DNA from: Saccostrea cucullata
Taxonomy: Eukaryota
Assembly (NCBI RefSeq): GCF_032062105.1
Contig: NW_026930592.1
Coordinates: 248,001-312,000 of the forward strand
DNA length: 64,000 nucleotides
Direction of reading: 5' to 3'
The translations under genes were made by a program, and so were the position numbers. Below the pieces are notes generated by a model. That model was not told the origin of the DNA, made no database searches, and was given only the letters and a program-made list of their open reading frames with translations. Below are positions 37,896 to 51,611 of this stretch, one piece after another; the first letter of the stretch is position 1, and the number at the start of each line of letters is the position of its first letter.

Positions 37896-38626
37896 ATTTG
37901 CAAGTGAATTCAAAGTTCTTAAAATAAATGTCCCGAATTTTAATAGTTTTGTCTTTCTGTTGATAATATAAGCTTGTAGTTGAAGTGCACTACTTAACAA
38001 TAGTTCTCATTTGGATCGTGTCCTCCGTTGAGGGGTGAAAGTCGACAGGCTGAAATGTAGGGGGATGAAGAAAGATCACGTGCTGCTTCACTTTGATTGA
38101 CAATGATAAAAACAGCTGAAGTGTAAGTGACACTTGTCGGATAAAAAAAAATGAAGGTTAAAATATCTAAAATTTAATAATATAAAACAAAATGAATTTT
38201 TCAACATTATTTGTAAATCTTGTTATTATCATAGCAGTGTAGAAGGATGGTTTTAATTCTATATGAGGTGATCCAACTCGTACATGTAGATTCCTTTCAA
38301 AAGACGAAATTTTAATCAGAAACTCGAATTTGAAACATTCCCGTAAAAGAAGTTACATTGATAAAAAGATAATGGATAACAAAACTATTTATGTAAGTCA
38401 GGCGAAATATCATTTAAAAGGTCATTGTTTGTAATTAAGAAACAAATGTCCCAAAATACCAGTGAAGAGGAAAGAAGCTTGTACAAAAGAAAGCTTTTTA
38501 CTCATAAACAAGTTTCGAGATAAAAACATGTACATATTTTGACAGAAATGCCCAATGCTTTTTCGTTTTATTTGGGATCTTCTACCTATGTATCTTTCTA
38601 CTATATGTCTTATATATAGATTGATT

Positions 38627-38848
38627 GTTTAATTGATTGCATGTTGTTTAACGTCCCTGTCGAGAATTTTTCACTCATACGGAGACGTAGCAACACTTGC
38701 CGTTGGAGAGCTACAAATGTTACCCTATACTCGGCACTCAGGGTCATTGAGCAATGAGGGATCTTTTTCGTGCCGGCACCTATTGCGACACGGAACTCCT
38801 TACTTCGCGATTCTAGAGCAGATGCTCTAACCACTGAGTCACGAGGGT
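38627..38848 (-). mobile_element. tRNA-derived SINE, internally deleted
   Basis: Reverse-complement homology to 43322-43590. Confidence 0.75.
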
Positions 38849-39259
38849 GACTTTTATTTACAGAAAAAAGATAAAATTTTCATCCTTTTAAATCCTTTTT
38901 TATTTATAGAAAAAAGGATGAAAATTTTGCTTTTGTTCAAAATGATATCGTATTTTGCATCTCTTGATAAATTGTCCAGTCACTGAATTCCTCCTGTCTC
39001 AGATATTAATTAATTTTTTTTCTATAACCCAGAAACAGTTGTGAACAAAGTATCAATGCTCTAGCTGAATTATCCAGAAATCGTGCTGATTTAAGTATAA
39101 AATGTATGTATTTCATACGCATTGAATCTGAAAAATCTGCTCCCTTTCTAGCAAAACGCTCAGATTAGTGACCAGAGTTAGTTAAATGGAAATTGAAAAC
39201 GCAAGTGGTTCAAATTCATCTGATTAATCTTACGCATTTATTGTAATGTGGATGAATTA

Positions 39260-40340
39260 TATGGAGATAACGAACATTATTCAAGCTCAAAAGTCCATAA
39301 AACAACACAAAATAAGAGCAGAGCAAATACGGACCTCCAAAACATCAGAGGTGGGATCAGGTAACATTGAAGAGTGAGCATCCCCTGCCGACCGGTCACA
39401 CCTGCCGTTTGCTCCTTGTCATGAGTGGGAAATAACGGAAATATCCGTTATCAATTCAGTGTGTATATAATAGCCTGACAATTAGTATGAAAAACGTCGG
39501 TCAGCATTTGACTCAATGATAAATTGTTTTTGCTCGTATTAGAAATTGTACATTCGTATCTAGCATGCTCTTGCGCATCTAATCAACTGCCAGATATTAA
39601 CTCCGTTTGCAGGTGATGAAGGTATAGTGCTGAATTACTAAGGGAAGTTAAAGATTGAAAAGTGAAAATCAGCACGTTTATCATAGGGCTTGGTTGTTAA
39701 ATTAACATTAACGTCTTTTTCAAGTAAAATATCCAAATATGAACAGATGTGTCAGACTCTGTGGTATCTTTAATCTCAAGCTCACCGGGATATATCGTAT
39801 TGACATAAGAATGGAAATTACCATTGTTAATTGACAATATGTTGTCGATATATCTAAATGTCGAGTTGAAGGCCACAGCAAGTGTTTTCGTGTTTTCTTC
39901 TTTTGGACAAATTCTGCTTCATATGAATACAAAAATAGGTCTGCTCACGGGGCGCAATTGGTACCCATGGTAATTCCAATAAATTGTTGGAATACGTGAT
40001 CTCCAAAAACCACATAGATATTGTCTATCAGAAACTCAAGCATTTTTTATGTCCAGTTCAGAGTATTTGTGAAAACAATCAGAATGTTGTTTAACAAAAT
40101 AGTTTTGCAAATGACCAATGAGAAGGTAAGCAAATTAGTTCCATTTTTATTGAAAAAGCAACTGTCAGTGATATCAAAAAACCTGGACTTAAATTTATCG
40201 TGGGGAATGGTTGTAGTTGAAAAGTCAATAATTGTCTCCCCAAATTTAATTTTCTTAGTTAAAGTATGTCACTCGTGAAATTTGTTAAATCAAGAATTTT
40301 TTTAGAAATATATTTTGAGTCTTTTCTATGTTAAACCCGT
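39260..40340 (-). mobile_element. Penelope-like retroelement, longest fragment in the window
   Basis: Decayed DFSTTTIPHDK, GITMGTNCAP, LYSYEAEF and RYIDN motifs, plus the family 3' block. Confidence 0.82.
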
Positions 40341-40351
40341 ATTACTAATCG

Positions 40352-40560
40352 TCCGCGTGGAGCAGCTCTAGTAGTAAGAGCGTTTGCTCTAGAATCGTTA
40401 GGTAAAAAGGTGAATCTTACATCGCAGATTTGAATCTCACTGCGGGAAATGGAGACCAGTCCTTCAGATGAAATTTTTAAAAACCGAAGTCCCGGGACGC
40501 AGTAGTTGCTGGCTCAAAAAAAGACTATTGCTCAGTGGTCATGAATGTTGAACATAGCTA
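40352..40560 (+). mobile_element. Degenerate tRNA-derived SINE
   Basis: agagcgtttgctctagaatcg...tttgaatctcactgcggga resembles the SINE head at 43325. Confidence 0.55.
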
Positions 40561-41332
40561 CTGCCGGAAATTGGTAGTAAGAACTAGGTGCGCTTTGACC
40601 AATACATGGGGAGAGTATTGTAGCTCATTTCCTATAAAGTTAAATAAAGGGGGCGCTTTGATCAATATCAAAAATCTGTAAACGACTATTATTATTTGAA
40701 ATAAAGAACTTTTAGTTCGTCACGTCATCAAATCCTGTGAAGCCCGAAGGGCTTCTCAGTAGATTTGATCACGAACCAACTAAAAGCTCATTTCCCAGAG
40801 AACTTTTTAACATTGTTGTTTATTACTAATATTTACCTTTGAGATGCGAATAAATTTCCAAGTAAAATTGCATTTATTTCCCGAACGTACCGCCGTAATG
40901 CTATATTGTGACGCGCAATGACCTAGAAATTGTTTGGTCAAAGTTAGTTTACCTCGCTCCAACATTTGAATGTTTACATTCACGTTTAGCAGTCCAGTTC
41001 AGGAAATATCTGTATATACTAATAGTGAAAGAAAAATGATCGCTGCTGAGAATAATCTAACTATTTCATAAGTTCTTACAATATTTGAAGTCAAAAGCGG
41101 TGGAATCGCCTGTTTTAGATTACATTAATCCAAAGGAATTTCGGGTTAAAACGGTAAGTGCTGTTTTAGGCTAATTATAGTCTTCATAACTTGATTCACA
41201 TCATCAGAAGTTTATTGTACATCCAGTAATTGAAAAATATCCATATTGTTTATTATTTTATCTTTTTCATCGTTATTATATGGCAAGCCCTTTTACTATT
41301 TATTCGGAAAATAAATTTTTTCTTCAAATTAC

Positions 41333-41770
41333 AGAGATATCTCTCATTTTAGAGAGATATCTCTTAAAAAATAAAGATATCTCTCAACTTAAAGAGATAT
41401 CTCTTATTTCTAAGAGATATCTCTATAAGAAAGAGATATCTCTTAAAGTTAGAGAGATATCTCTTATACTTAGAGAGATATCTCTTTTACTTTAAGAGAT
41501 ATCTCTTTCTCCTTGAGAGATATCTCTTTCGTGAAAAGAGATATCTCTGAACGTTAAAGAGATATCTCTTTCACCTAAAGAGATATCTCTTTCACCTAGA
41601 GAGATATCTCTTTCACTTTGAGAGATATCTCTTTAAGTAAAAGAGATATCTCTCTAAGTTTATTTTAAGAGATGTCTCTCAAAGTGAAAGAGATATCTCT
41701 CAAAAGTGTCTACAAGAGATATCTCTCAAGCAAAAAGAGATATCTCTTTATTGCAAAGAGATATCTCTCT
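41333..41770. repeat. Left subterminal array, 21 copies of the palindrome AGAGATATCTCT
   Basis: GATATC cores from 41336 to 41760 (one GATGTC variant), spaced 19-21 bp with two 26-bp steps. Confidence 0.97.
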
Positions 41771-42450
41771 TCATTATTTTTATTTAAATTCCATTTGAAA
41801 TTACTTCTCCCTTTACCGGAAGTATTTCAAAACCTGAGAAAATTCGGTCCAGGGTCTGAAAGTGCTTGTCACGTAACTTGCGGGGTACCTCACTTCCGGG
41901 GTACCTAACACGTGGAGTTCTGTTATCGAGTTCAGCATGTTTCTGGTTTACGCAAAGCTTTCGGGGGAAAGTTAAATAGTTATCGACTTACGACGTCATA
42001 CCATAAAAACTTGGGTGCGAGCGTCCACCTTGGGTTCGATCGAAGTACAGGTAAACAAATCAGAGTGTCATCCGTTTCTTGTTTATTTTGAGGGTAGATT
42101 AGGTGTTTTATTCTCAACCGAATGAAATAGTTTTGTAATCATCTTTTGCCTTAATTTGTTAACAGAATTTTCTCGAATCCGAGGACAATAATGTTTTTAT
42201 CAGCTGATTGTAGAGGAGGAGTTTTGTCAGTGTTCAATGGGTACTAACGTCATATTGTGGCTGCATCACTTTTGTTTGGGTAAATATTTATTTAATATAC
42301 ATATTTTTCAGTAAAGTTTTACCTTTCGTATGTCTGTGGATTAACTTTTTGTGTATTAAATGTTTGTAGCAATTTAATTATGATCTATTGGAGTATTTCA
42401 CAAGATGTTCTGTTCATATTTTTTGCCCAAAGGGTCTGGGACTTGTTTCA

Positions 42451-43173
42451 GTACTAAATTTTTAACCCACAGTATACATGTAATAACACAAGGTATCTTA
42501 CTCCAAATTACACTTTGTGCCCCCTCCCTCAGAAACGCATTCATTTATATACACTTTCAGACGAAATGCACTGTCAAACTCTTTAATACGATTTTCTTCT
42601 ATGATAAATTATCTACACAACCATACATAGCATGCTTGTCTGTCTTTTTGTTTATCTCCGTAAACAGAGACAAAACTCTGCTTGCATAGTGGAAAAGTCG
42701 ACTCAACCATGGAACGGTATGTGCTGATCCCGCACAGAGATTTTGATTGGATAAAAATCTGTTTCTAAAATTACATCAGATAAACATCTTAATGTTTTCA
42801 GGGAAAATTAGACGTAAACAAGTTCTATTTACTCACTGCAATATTTAAACAATGGAATTGAATTTTTAAAACCACTGATTTTTTAATTTTGCTCTTTGCC
42901 CGAGACTAGAACATACCATTCTATGGTTGAGTTTGACTTTCCACCCAACAAGCAGAGTTTTGATGCTGATTACGGAGGTAAAAGAAAATAGAGACAAGCA
43001 TGCCATATATGGTTGTGTAGATGAATTATTGTAGAAGAAATAGGTATAAACAGTTTACTCATGCATTTCCTCTTAAAGTGTAAATGAGCACGATTTTAAG
43101 GGAGGGGGGTGCTCCGTGTAATTCGGAGTTAGATACCTTGTATTATTATACACTTTAGGTCAAAAATTTATTA
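42451..43173. mobile_element. Old foldback MITE with ~270-bp diverged arms
   Basis: 42451-42722 is an imperfect reverse complement of 42911-43173 (e.g. caaggtatcttactccaaattac vs gtaattcggagttagataccttg). Confidence 0.75.
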
Positions 43174-43321
43174 CAGAAGCTGCATTTAACAAACTTCAGA
43201 TCATTACATTAACATGCATGACCATATTTCTCACTAAAGAGACTGAGAGTATGTTCCCTATTTATAGAACATGGTTTTAATTAGGGATTTTGGTTAAATT
43301 TTCTGTCTGTTCAAATTCACC

Positions 43322-43590
43322 TGCATGGCGCAGTGGTTAGAGCGTCTGCTCTAGAGTCGCAAAGTAAGGAGTTGATCCTTACGTCGTGGGTTTGAATCCC
43401 ACTGTGGGATGTGGAAACTTGTCCTTGGGATGATACAGTATAAACCATGGCCCAATCTCACAGTAGGTATTGGCACTAAACAGATCCCTCCCTGCTCAAT
43501 GGCCCTGAGTGCCGAGCATAGGACAATTTTGCAGCTCTTAACCGGTGTTTCCATATGAGTGAAAAATTCTTGAGAGGGATGTTAAACAAA
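43322..43590 (+). mobile_element. tRNA-derived SINE
   Basis: A box TGGCGCAGTGG, B-box-like GGTTTGAATCC, and tail tgagtgaaaaattcttgagagggatgttaaac; other copies occur in the window. Confidence 0.85.
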
Positions 43591-44413
43591 TCTGTCTGTT
43601 GAATTTAGTCATTGATATTACACAATTGTATACATTAAAACTTATTTTATAGCAGAGGTACAAGAGAACCAGTAACACAGATAAAAGATGCAGTTGCTAG
43701 GAGATCCAAAGTCAGCAGCACCTAAGGCTATACTGACTTTGAATTATCAGCATCCAAAACAATGCAAATCAAATACAGGTATGAAATTGATGCAACAAAA
43801 TAAGTTCTAGGACAAATATAAAATTAATTTTTTGCAAGACATAGCATATCAAAAAATGACAAAAAAAGTCTGTGATGTCCAGAGATGCTTTACCCCCACC
43901 CCACCTTAAGGTTTAGACATAGACCCCTTTATTCAACTTTACTGTCATCTCACCTCACTATTAAAATGGGGTAAAATACCCTTGTTTACAGATTAAATGT
44001 ATAATAATTATATATATATGTATGGATTTTTTTTTACAAGATGACTAATATACTAGTCAACATTGACCATCTTTAAAAATGTTTGTTTGATGTACTCCTA
44101 CCCACTTTTATCAAGATTGGTAGGTAGGTATCGGAAGGTTTTTTTTTCTTTTGCCTTACAGTATTGAACAAATTGAAAACTGTCATAATTAAAAGCATGC
44201 ACATACTCAGAAATCTGTTGATGTTTCATTACTAGCTAGAAAAACTTTATATTTATAAATTGAAAAGCATCCTAAAAAAAATTGATACCTTATCTTTAAA
44301 ACATCTATGGAAATTAAGGTGGAAAAATTAAAAATTTTGAAGTGCCCAAAAATTGATTGCTAATGGGTAGGGGCCATTTTAACAGGTCGGTCAGAGTACA
44401 TCAAACAAATCTG

Positions 44414-44476
<63 letters not shown>

Positions 44477-44495
44477 TGTCGTCGTAGTCGTTGTC

Positions 44496-44531
<36 letters not shown>

Positions 44532-44542
44532 AAGAACCACTG

Positions 44543-44586
<44 letters not shown>

Positions 44587-44672
44587 GAGAATCAAGTTTG
44601 TTTAAATGAAGGGCCATGCCCTTTTCCAAGGGGAGATAATTATGAATTAGAGAAAAATTAATGGCATTTTTA

Positions 44673-44703
<31 letters not shown>

Positions 44704-45174
44704 GGAAAGACGAAAATCATGTGGAATCATCCTCAGGTAGTGTAGATTCAAATTTGTTCAAATGATGACCCCCGGGGCTAGGGTTGGGCCAAAATGGCCG
44801 ACCCAAGTTTTACATAGGAATATATAGGAAAAATCTTTAAAAATCTTCTTCTCAGGAACCACTGGACCAGGAAAGATGAAATTCATGTGGAATCATCCTC
44901 AGGTAGTGTATATTCAAGTTTGTTCAAATCATGACCCCTGGGGCTAGGGTGGGGCCAAAATGGCCCACCCAAGTTTTACATAGGGATATATCGGGAAACC
45001 TTTTAAAATCTTCTTTTCAAGCACTTCAAAGCTATGATTAGTGTTATTTATTGGGAATCATCCTCAGATAGTGTAGATTCTAGTTTGTTCAAATGATGAA
45101 CGCCCTGGGGGGGGGGGGGTTAAATTCAAGCCCGATGTGCTCAGGTGAGCACTGTGGCCCCTGGGCCTCTTGTT
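44414..45174 (+). mobile_element. Helentron-associated element (HINE) carrying ~166-bp satellite units
   Basis: 5' tttttagctcacctgagccgaaggctcaagtgagc, a (gtc)n microsatellite, ~166-bp repeats, and 3' gctcaggtgagc + hairpin ggcccctgggcc + tcttgtt. Resembles the oyster Cg170/HINE type. Confidence 0.9.
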
Positions 45175-45221
45175 TATTGTTGGCCTTGGAGGGGCACCCT
45201 AGATATGAAAATGCAACAAAT

Positions 45222-45654
45222 ATTTTTGTGCCTCCTTTGAAGAAGGGAGGGCATATTGCTTTGCTGCTGTCTGTCGGTCAGTCTGTAGGTCCATTTAGTG
45301 TCTGTTCATTTTCTTCACAACCATTGCACATACTGAAATGAAATTTGGTATACAGGTATATCAGACGAATATCTAGGTCAAGTTTTGTTTTGGGTATGAT
45401 CGTACCATTTTTGACAGAGTTATGCCCCTTGGACTTAGAAAAATTCCAATTATTTGCAGCTTCTTTTTATTTTCTTTATAGAGGTTGCACATATTGAAAT
45501 GGAATTTAGTACACAGATTAGTCAGATGAATATCGAAGTCAAGTTCTGTTTTGGATATGATCGCACCATAATTGACAGAGTAATGCACTTTTGGACTCAG
45601 AAAAATTCTAATTTGTGGGGGAGGGGGGCATAAGTGTTACAAACATCTCTTGTT
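45222..45654 (+). mobile_element. HINE-type element (related deleted copy on minus at 46488-46712)
   Basis: 5' ttttgtgcctcctttgaagaagggagggcata; 3' ggggcataagtgttacaaacatctcttgtt. Confidence 0.75.
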
Positions 45655-45835
45655 AATTAAAAAAAATTAAATAAAAATATTTTTTCTGTGTTTGTAAACA
45701 ACAATTTTTTTTATTCTCATTTTCTTTTAAAATCTTTGATAAAATTTAATGAAGAAAGTTAAGATTTGTATCAAATGAATGGATATTTGCAAGATGTATA
45801 ACTCATTATTTGTCAGGTACCTTAGTCCTAAATTA

Positions 45836-46016
45836 CAGTAAAACTTGGTTAGTACGAACATGGATATTGCAAATTCACAGATATAGCTAAGTTATCTTGG
45901 ATCCCTAGTTATATAAATTTTAAAAATATCTCATATGGATATAACAAATTATGGATATATATGTAGCAAAGTAATTTCATAGGTCCCATTGACTTCGTTA
46001 AAACTGAGTTTTACTG
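45836..46016. mobile_element. pogo/Tigger-type MITE
   Basis: TA-CAGTAAAACT...AGTTTTACTG-TA. Confidence 0.7.
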
Positions 46017-46822
46017 TATTATCAGTTCATGCACATACAAGTATGCAATAATTCAAATGACATGTTACAGAAGCTTGCTAAATTACAGGTGTCTGCACAT
46101 CATGCAATCTTAAGACAGTACTGGATGGTTTTGATTAAGAACTGATCCAGCATGAAGACCAGCCATGTGCCTCACCTGTCATGACATTATTTAGGTAAGT
46201 GTCCTTTGAAGCAAAGAATCTGACAAAGCAAACCCTTCATCTTAAAAGATTTACATTTAATACTTATTTGATTGGTAGTTTTGATTTTATTTTCTCTTAG
46301 GAAGCCTTTTATTTAGCATTTCTGAGTACTGGTATATGATTGCCATACTTTCCAAAACTTTTTTTTAAATGCTTTATTTTGAAGCTTTTCCTATATCCAT
46401 ATATACAAACGCATACCAAACAATTTTCACCCACTCACCACCACAATTACACACACTCACACAGTGCACTTTCTAAACTTCAAAATGACAAGAGATGTTA
46501 GATGTTTGTAAAACACTATGCCCCCCTCCCCCCACATTGGAATTTTTCTAAGTCCAAGGGCATAAATCTGTCAAACTTGACCTCTGATATACCCGTATAC
46601 CAAATTTCATTTCAGTATGTGCAATGGTTGTGAAGAAAATAAACGGAAACTAAATGGACCGACAGACAGCAGCAAAGCAAAATGCCTTCTCTTCTTTGAA
46701 GGGTGGCATAATAAATGTACATATATGTAAACATATGACAGTTAAACATATGATTTATCCAAAAACAAAACAGATGTACCAAAATATGTAGATATAAATT
46801 AACAAAAAAAATACAATTTTGA

Positions 46823-49800
46823 TTTTTATACGCCCGTCTTAAGACGGGTCGTATTATGTTATAGGCTTCATGTCCGTCCGTCAGTCCGTCTGTCCGTCTG
46901 TCCATTCCTGTCCGGCTCATAACTTGAATACTATTAGGCCTAGGATTATCAAACTTTGTCAACTGATACTTCTTGGGTAGACGGTGTGTCGCGCACAAAA
47001 AGTGGTGGGTAGACGGTGTGTCGCGCACAAAAAGTGGGTCGCTCTGACCTTTAATAAAGATGCTATAGCCAAATATGGAAAAATCCTGTCCGTCTCATAA
47101 CTAGAAAACTATTAGACCTAGAGCTTTCAAACTTGGCAAAAGTATACATCTAGAGTAGAAGGTGTGTCGCGGCCTATTTCAAGGTCACTGTGACCTTTAA
47201 TTAAAGTGATTTTTTTAAAAAACTAAGTTTTTTAAATTCTAAATTTCATAATCCTAAAAAATGTAAAAATATAGTTGTATCCTTATTAAAAGATGTTAAA
47301 TTAAGTAAAAACTTATTTTTTCATTATATACTTTACAGCAATCTGTAACAAATGTTTATGCTTTGAGAGGAATTCAGTTTGTCCCATGGGCATAATTATC
47401 AAGCACTGGTCAAGAAGAATTTCGATAGCAGAAATTTGCATGTCAAATTAGAGAGAAATTAATGAGTTTATTGTCAGGAGCTAAGAGCGTCTTTAGATCT
47501 GATGCTGAGTTATCTTAATTTATCCCTTGAGAGTTGGGCAAAAAGAAATGGCCTCATAGTTGCTTGTGTTAATTAAGAATTCTTGATGGCTAGTCCAAGA
47601 TCTTTCAATTGGTGTAATTAATTTAAACAAATTAATGTTTTAGTGTATGATTAAAACTAAATTAGTATTGTATAATATGATTAAAACTAATAATATATGT
47701 GTTCATTTGAAAAAAAAAATTATTTTTGCAACAAATATGCTATAAACAAATATGGAAAAATCCTGTCCAGCTCATAACTAGAACATTATTAGACCTAGAG
47801 CTTTGGCAAAAGTATACATCTAAAGTAGAAGGTGTGTCCGGGCCTATTTCAAGGTCACTGTGACCTTTAATTAAAGTGATTTATTTTTTTAAACTAAGTT
47901 TTTTAAATTCTAAATTTAATAATCCTAAAAAATGTAAAAATATAGTTGTATCCTTATTAAAAGATGTTAAATTAAGCAAAAACTTATTTTTTCATTATAT
48001 ACTTTACAGCAATCTGTAACAAATGTTTATGCTTTGAGAGGAATTCAGTTTGTCCCATGGGCATAATTATCAAGCACTGGTTAAGAAGAATTTTGATAGC
48101 AGAAATTTGCATGTCAAATTAGAGAGAAATTAATGAGTTTATTGTCAGGACCTAAGAGGTCTCTATAGATCTGATGCAGAGTTATCTTAATTTATCCCTT
48201 GAGAGTTGGGCAAAAAGAAATGGCCTCATGGTTGCTTGTGTTAATTAAGAGTTCTTGATGGCTAGTCCAAGATCTTTCAGTTGGTGTAATTAATTAAAAC
48301 AAATTGATGTTGTAGTGTATGATTAAAACTAAATTAGTATTGTACAATATGATTAAAACTAATTATACATGTTCATTGAAAAAAAAAATTATATTTCAAT
48401 TTTTATATATTTGCAACAATTTGCAGTCATGCCTCACTTAAAATTTTATAGTCTGAAGAATAATTAGGTCTTTCCACCTTTCTGTGGAAAGACCTATTGA
48501 TTTGCTTATGTTTATTATTATTCCTATTATTTTTCTTCCGCTGATTTTTTGTTTCGACATTTATCGAAAAGACTTTTTGTTCATCGTAAAGGTCTTTAAA
48601 AGTTATGAACAAATTTGACCCAACGCGTATGAACTATGACCCCTTTCGAAGTTATTGCCCTTTACGCAAGAAATGCTTGTTATCGCTACTCCTCCGAAAC
48701 CGTGAACAATAGAGGTATGAAACCTTCAACAATGTCTTCAACTACTTGAGGGGACTCTGGAATCTATTCATTGCGAAAGTATTCGAAAACCCCTTCAATG
48801 AGTTATAGCCCCTGATAGTTTTTGAATTTTACAAATAATTAAATATTTTCAAAATGAGAAGTTGTAGAGACTTGGGACCAACTGCATAAGATTAATTGAA
48901 CTTTGACCTTAAAATTCATGTAAAGGTCAAAGGTCAAGGCCATTGCAAAATTGAGAAATTAAGCTCTTTTTGTATCTTTTTTTGTTTTTTAACATATACA
49001 AACTGTATTAGCATCATTATTATGCACTTTTGAAACTATTTTAAAGATTTAATTCGTATCCCTTAAAATTGACCCTATTAAAAGTCATTGCCCTTTGTGC
49101 AAAAACCTTGTTATTGCTACTACTTCGAAACCGTAAACCGCAGAGACATGAAACCTTCCCTAATGTTTTAGACTCCTTGAGAAGACTCTGGAATCTATTC
49201 ATTGCGAAAATATTCGGTGACCCCTTCAATGAGTTATTGCCCCTGAAAATCTTTGAATTCTACAAATAATTAAAAATTATCTAAATGAGAAGTCGTAAAG
49301 ACATGGGACTAACTGCATAAGATTTATTGACCTTTGCTCATAAAATTCATGTAAAGGTCAAAGGTGAAGGTCATTCAAAATTGAGAAATTAAGCTCTTTT
49401 TATATCTTTTTTGACTTTTAACATATACTTAATGTCTTTGCATCATTAATATGTACTTTTGAACCTATTTCAAAGATTTCATTCTTGTCCCTTAAGATAG
49501 ACCCTATTAAAAGTTATTGCCCCTTTTGCAAAAAACCTTGTAATTGCTACTGCTCCGAAAAAGTAAATCGTAAAGACATGAAACCTTCACTTATGTCTTA
49601 TGGGACTTAAGGCACAACTTTTATGATCAAGTGCGAAGGGATCTGGTGACTCCTTGAATGAGTTACTGCCCTTTGATTCTTTTGTGCTTACCGTGAAAAC
49701 ATAACTTTAAAACTATACGTCATAGAGACGCAAGGTTAATTACAATGTGACCCTTGACCTTTGATCTTGAAAATAATTTGAAGGTCAAAGGTCATGGTCA

Positions 49801-50270
49801 GCTCCAAATTTTGAATATTTTCATTTTTTTCTTCTTTCAAGCCATTCCTGGTTTCTTTTTGATGAAATTTAATTTTAAAGAGATAAATATTAAATGAAAT
49901 TGAAATTCAAAGAAGGTGGAAAGACCTCTTATTGTTCTGTGAACAATAAGTCTCCTAGTTTATGTTTGATTTTTGACTAGCATTTCCATTATTTCATAAA
50001 ATATGCAATAAACAATTTTAAGCTGCAGATCGATGGATATTTGTTATGCTCTAACATAGTTTAGAAGAATATGATGTTATTATTTGTTATAATCAATCCC
50101 TACACTGTAAAGTCTCTTAGAGATGTATGATAAGAAATGGAAATTAGATAATTGAAATTTGTGTCAATCTGTTAATCAAGGCTACCTGATTTTCTTTCAT
50201 CTTAACCAATTCATGATTATTGAATAATAAATGACGGGCGTATCATGCTGTGGCAGGGCACTTTATTTCA
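46823..50270 (+). mobile_element. Large HINE with a ~677-bp internal tandem duplication and a nested HINE
   Basis: 5' tttttatacgcccgtcttaagacgggtcgta plus (gtcc)n; 3' gacgggcgtat at ~50233. 47070-47746 is duplicated at 47747-48420. Confidence 0.8.
48463..49960 (+). mobile_element. Nested HINE with ~420-bp tandem units
   Basis: 5' ttaggtctttccacctttctgtggaaagacct; 3' ggtggaaagacct + hairpin cttattgttc-tgt-gaacaataag + ctagtt. Confidence 0.82.
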
Positions 50271-50419
50271 TCACTTGTTGTACACATTATCATACAGGGC
50301 CCATTTACTGAGTATTTTGTCCTTACATTGAAAAAAAAATTCACAATAATTTTCTATGTTTCTGTAATACTTAAATAACTTTATTGCATCAATAAATAAT
50401 GGCTTACTATCTTGTGATC

Positions 50420-51610
50420 TAGAATATTAACTGAACTGTTTTGCAACTAATAAAAAAAAATTTTCTAAACAACTTCCTTCTACTGGGAATATTACCAAGT
50501 AAAACAGTTCTTTTTCATATTTTGTAATCTATTTCAATGACACTAAACCATTGTACAAATTCATTCCAAAATTCTGTCACATTTATATTCACAATCATAA
50601 AATAAGTGAATTATTGTCTCTCTTTCAATATTACAGAATGTACATACACTATTTTCTGACAGCTTGACTTTATGGAGAAAGGAGTTGGTAGCAATATAAT
50701 TCATCAGTAATCGATATTGAAAATAAATTATTTTTATGCCCCGCCATGAATATGGCTGGGGCATATAGTGTTTGTCATGTCCGTCTTTCCGTCCTTCCGT
50801 CACACTTTGCGTTTAGCTCTGTTCAAAGCTCATTTTCAAAGAAACTATCCAAGATAATTATTTTCATCAAACTTCATAGGCTGATAGATATTGATGAGAG
50901 CTGAGCAACTGCATCAACATTCTTTGACTTTGACCTTGACCTCACTTTTCTTAAATTAGTGTTAAACTCAGTTTTAAAGATACCATTGATTCAAGATATT
51001 TTTATCAAACTTCATATGTTGATACAGTGTACTTACTGATGAGAGCTATTCAATTGCCTCAATAATTTTTACCTTGACCTTTCCTTTGGCCTCACTATTC
51101 CTAAATTCGTTTCAAACTTTATATGCTAATACATACTGATGAGAACTATTCATTTGCATTAACATTTTGACCTTGATATTTCATTTGACCTTGGCCCCAC
51201 TTTTAACAAATTGTGATTAAGTTAGTTTTAAAGAAACCATTCATTATATTATTTTTCAAATTTTATATGCTGATACATAATGATGAGAGCTTTTCAACTG
51301 CATTAACATCTTTGACATTGGTCCTTCCTTTGACCTAAGACCTCATTTTTCTTCAATTGGTGTTAAAACTTCATATGCTGATGCATACTAATGTAACCAG
51401 TTCAACTGCATCACTTTTCAAGATATTCTAAAATTTCAAACAGTTACAGAAATTCAAATTTTCATGTTGCATTACTGATATACCCTTGGCGGGGCATTCA
51501 TGTCCTATGGACATATTTGTAGTTGTCTCTTTGAGAATGATGATGCATTTACGAAGAAGATTTCCATTCTTTTTCTGAGATTGACTCATCTAGTAAAGTT
51601 TCCCACTTTT
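50420..51610 (-). mobile_element. L1/Tx1-type LINE 3' fragment (zf-RVT) split by a HINE
   Basis: FQYRLLMNYIATNSFLHKVKLSENSVCTFCNIERETIIHLFYDC has the CxxC...ET..HLF..C motif; upstream KWE...W remnant at 51530-51610. Confidence 0.7.
50731..51524 (+). mobile_element. HINE-type element
   Basis: 5' tttttatgccccgccatgaatatggctggggcata; 3' ggcggggcat + hairpin atgtcc-tat-ggacat + tagtt; internal ttgacctt repeats. Confidence 0.8.
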
Positions 51611-51611
51611 C

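Noticed and set aside
41333-41770. CRISPR-like appearance (palindromic repeat with variable spacers), also at 54742-55057
   Set aside because: The repeats are 12 bp and the spacers about 7-14 bp, there are no cas genes, the context is eukaryotic, and the arrays are the subterminal parts of one TIR element.
43322-43410. tRNA gene
   Set aside because: The A/B boxes run into a SINE body and tail with several diverged copies in the window, and there is no clean cloverleaf.
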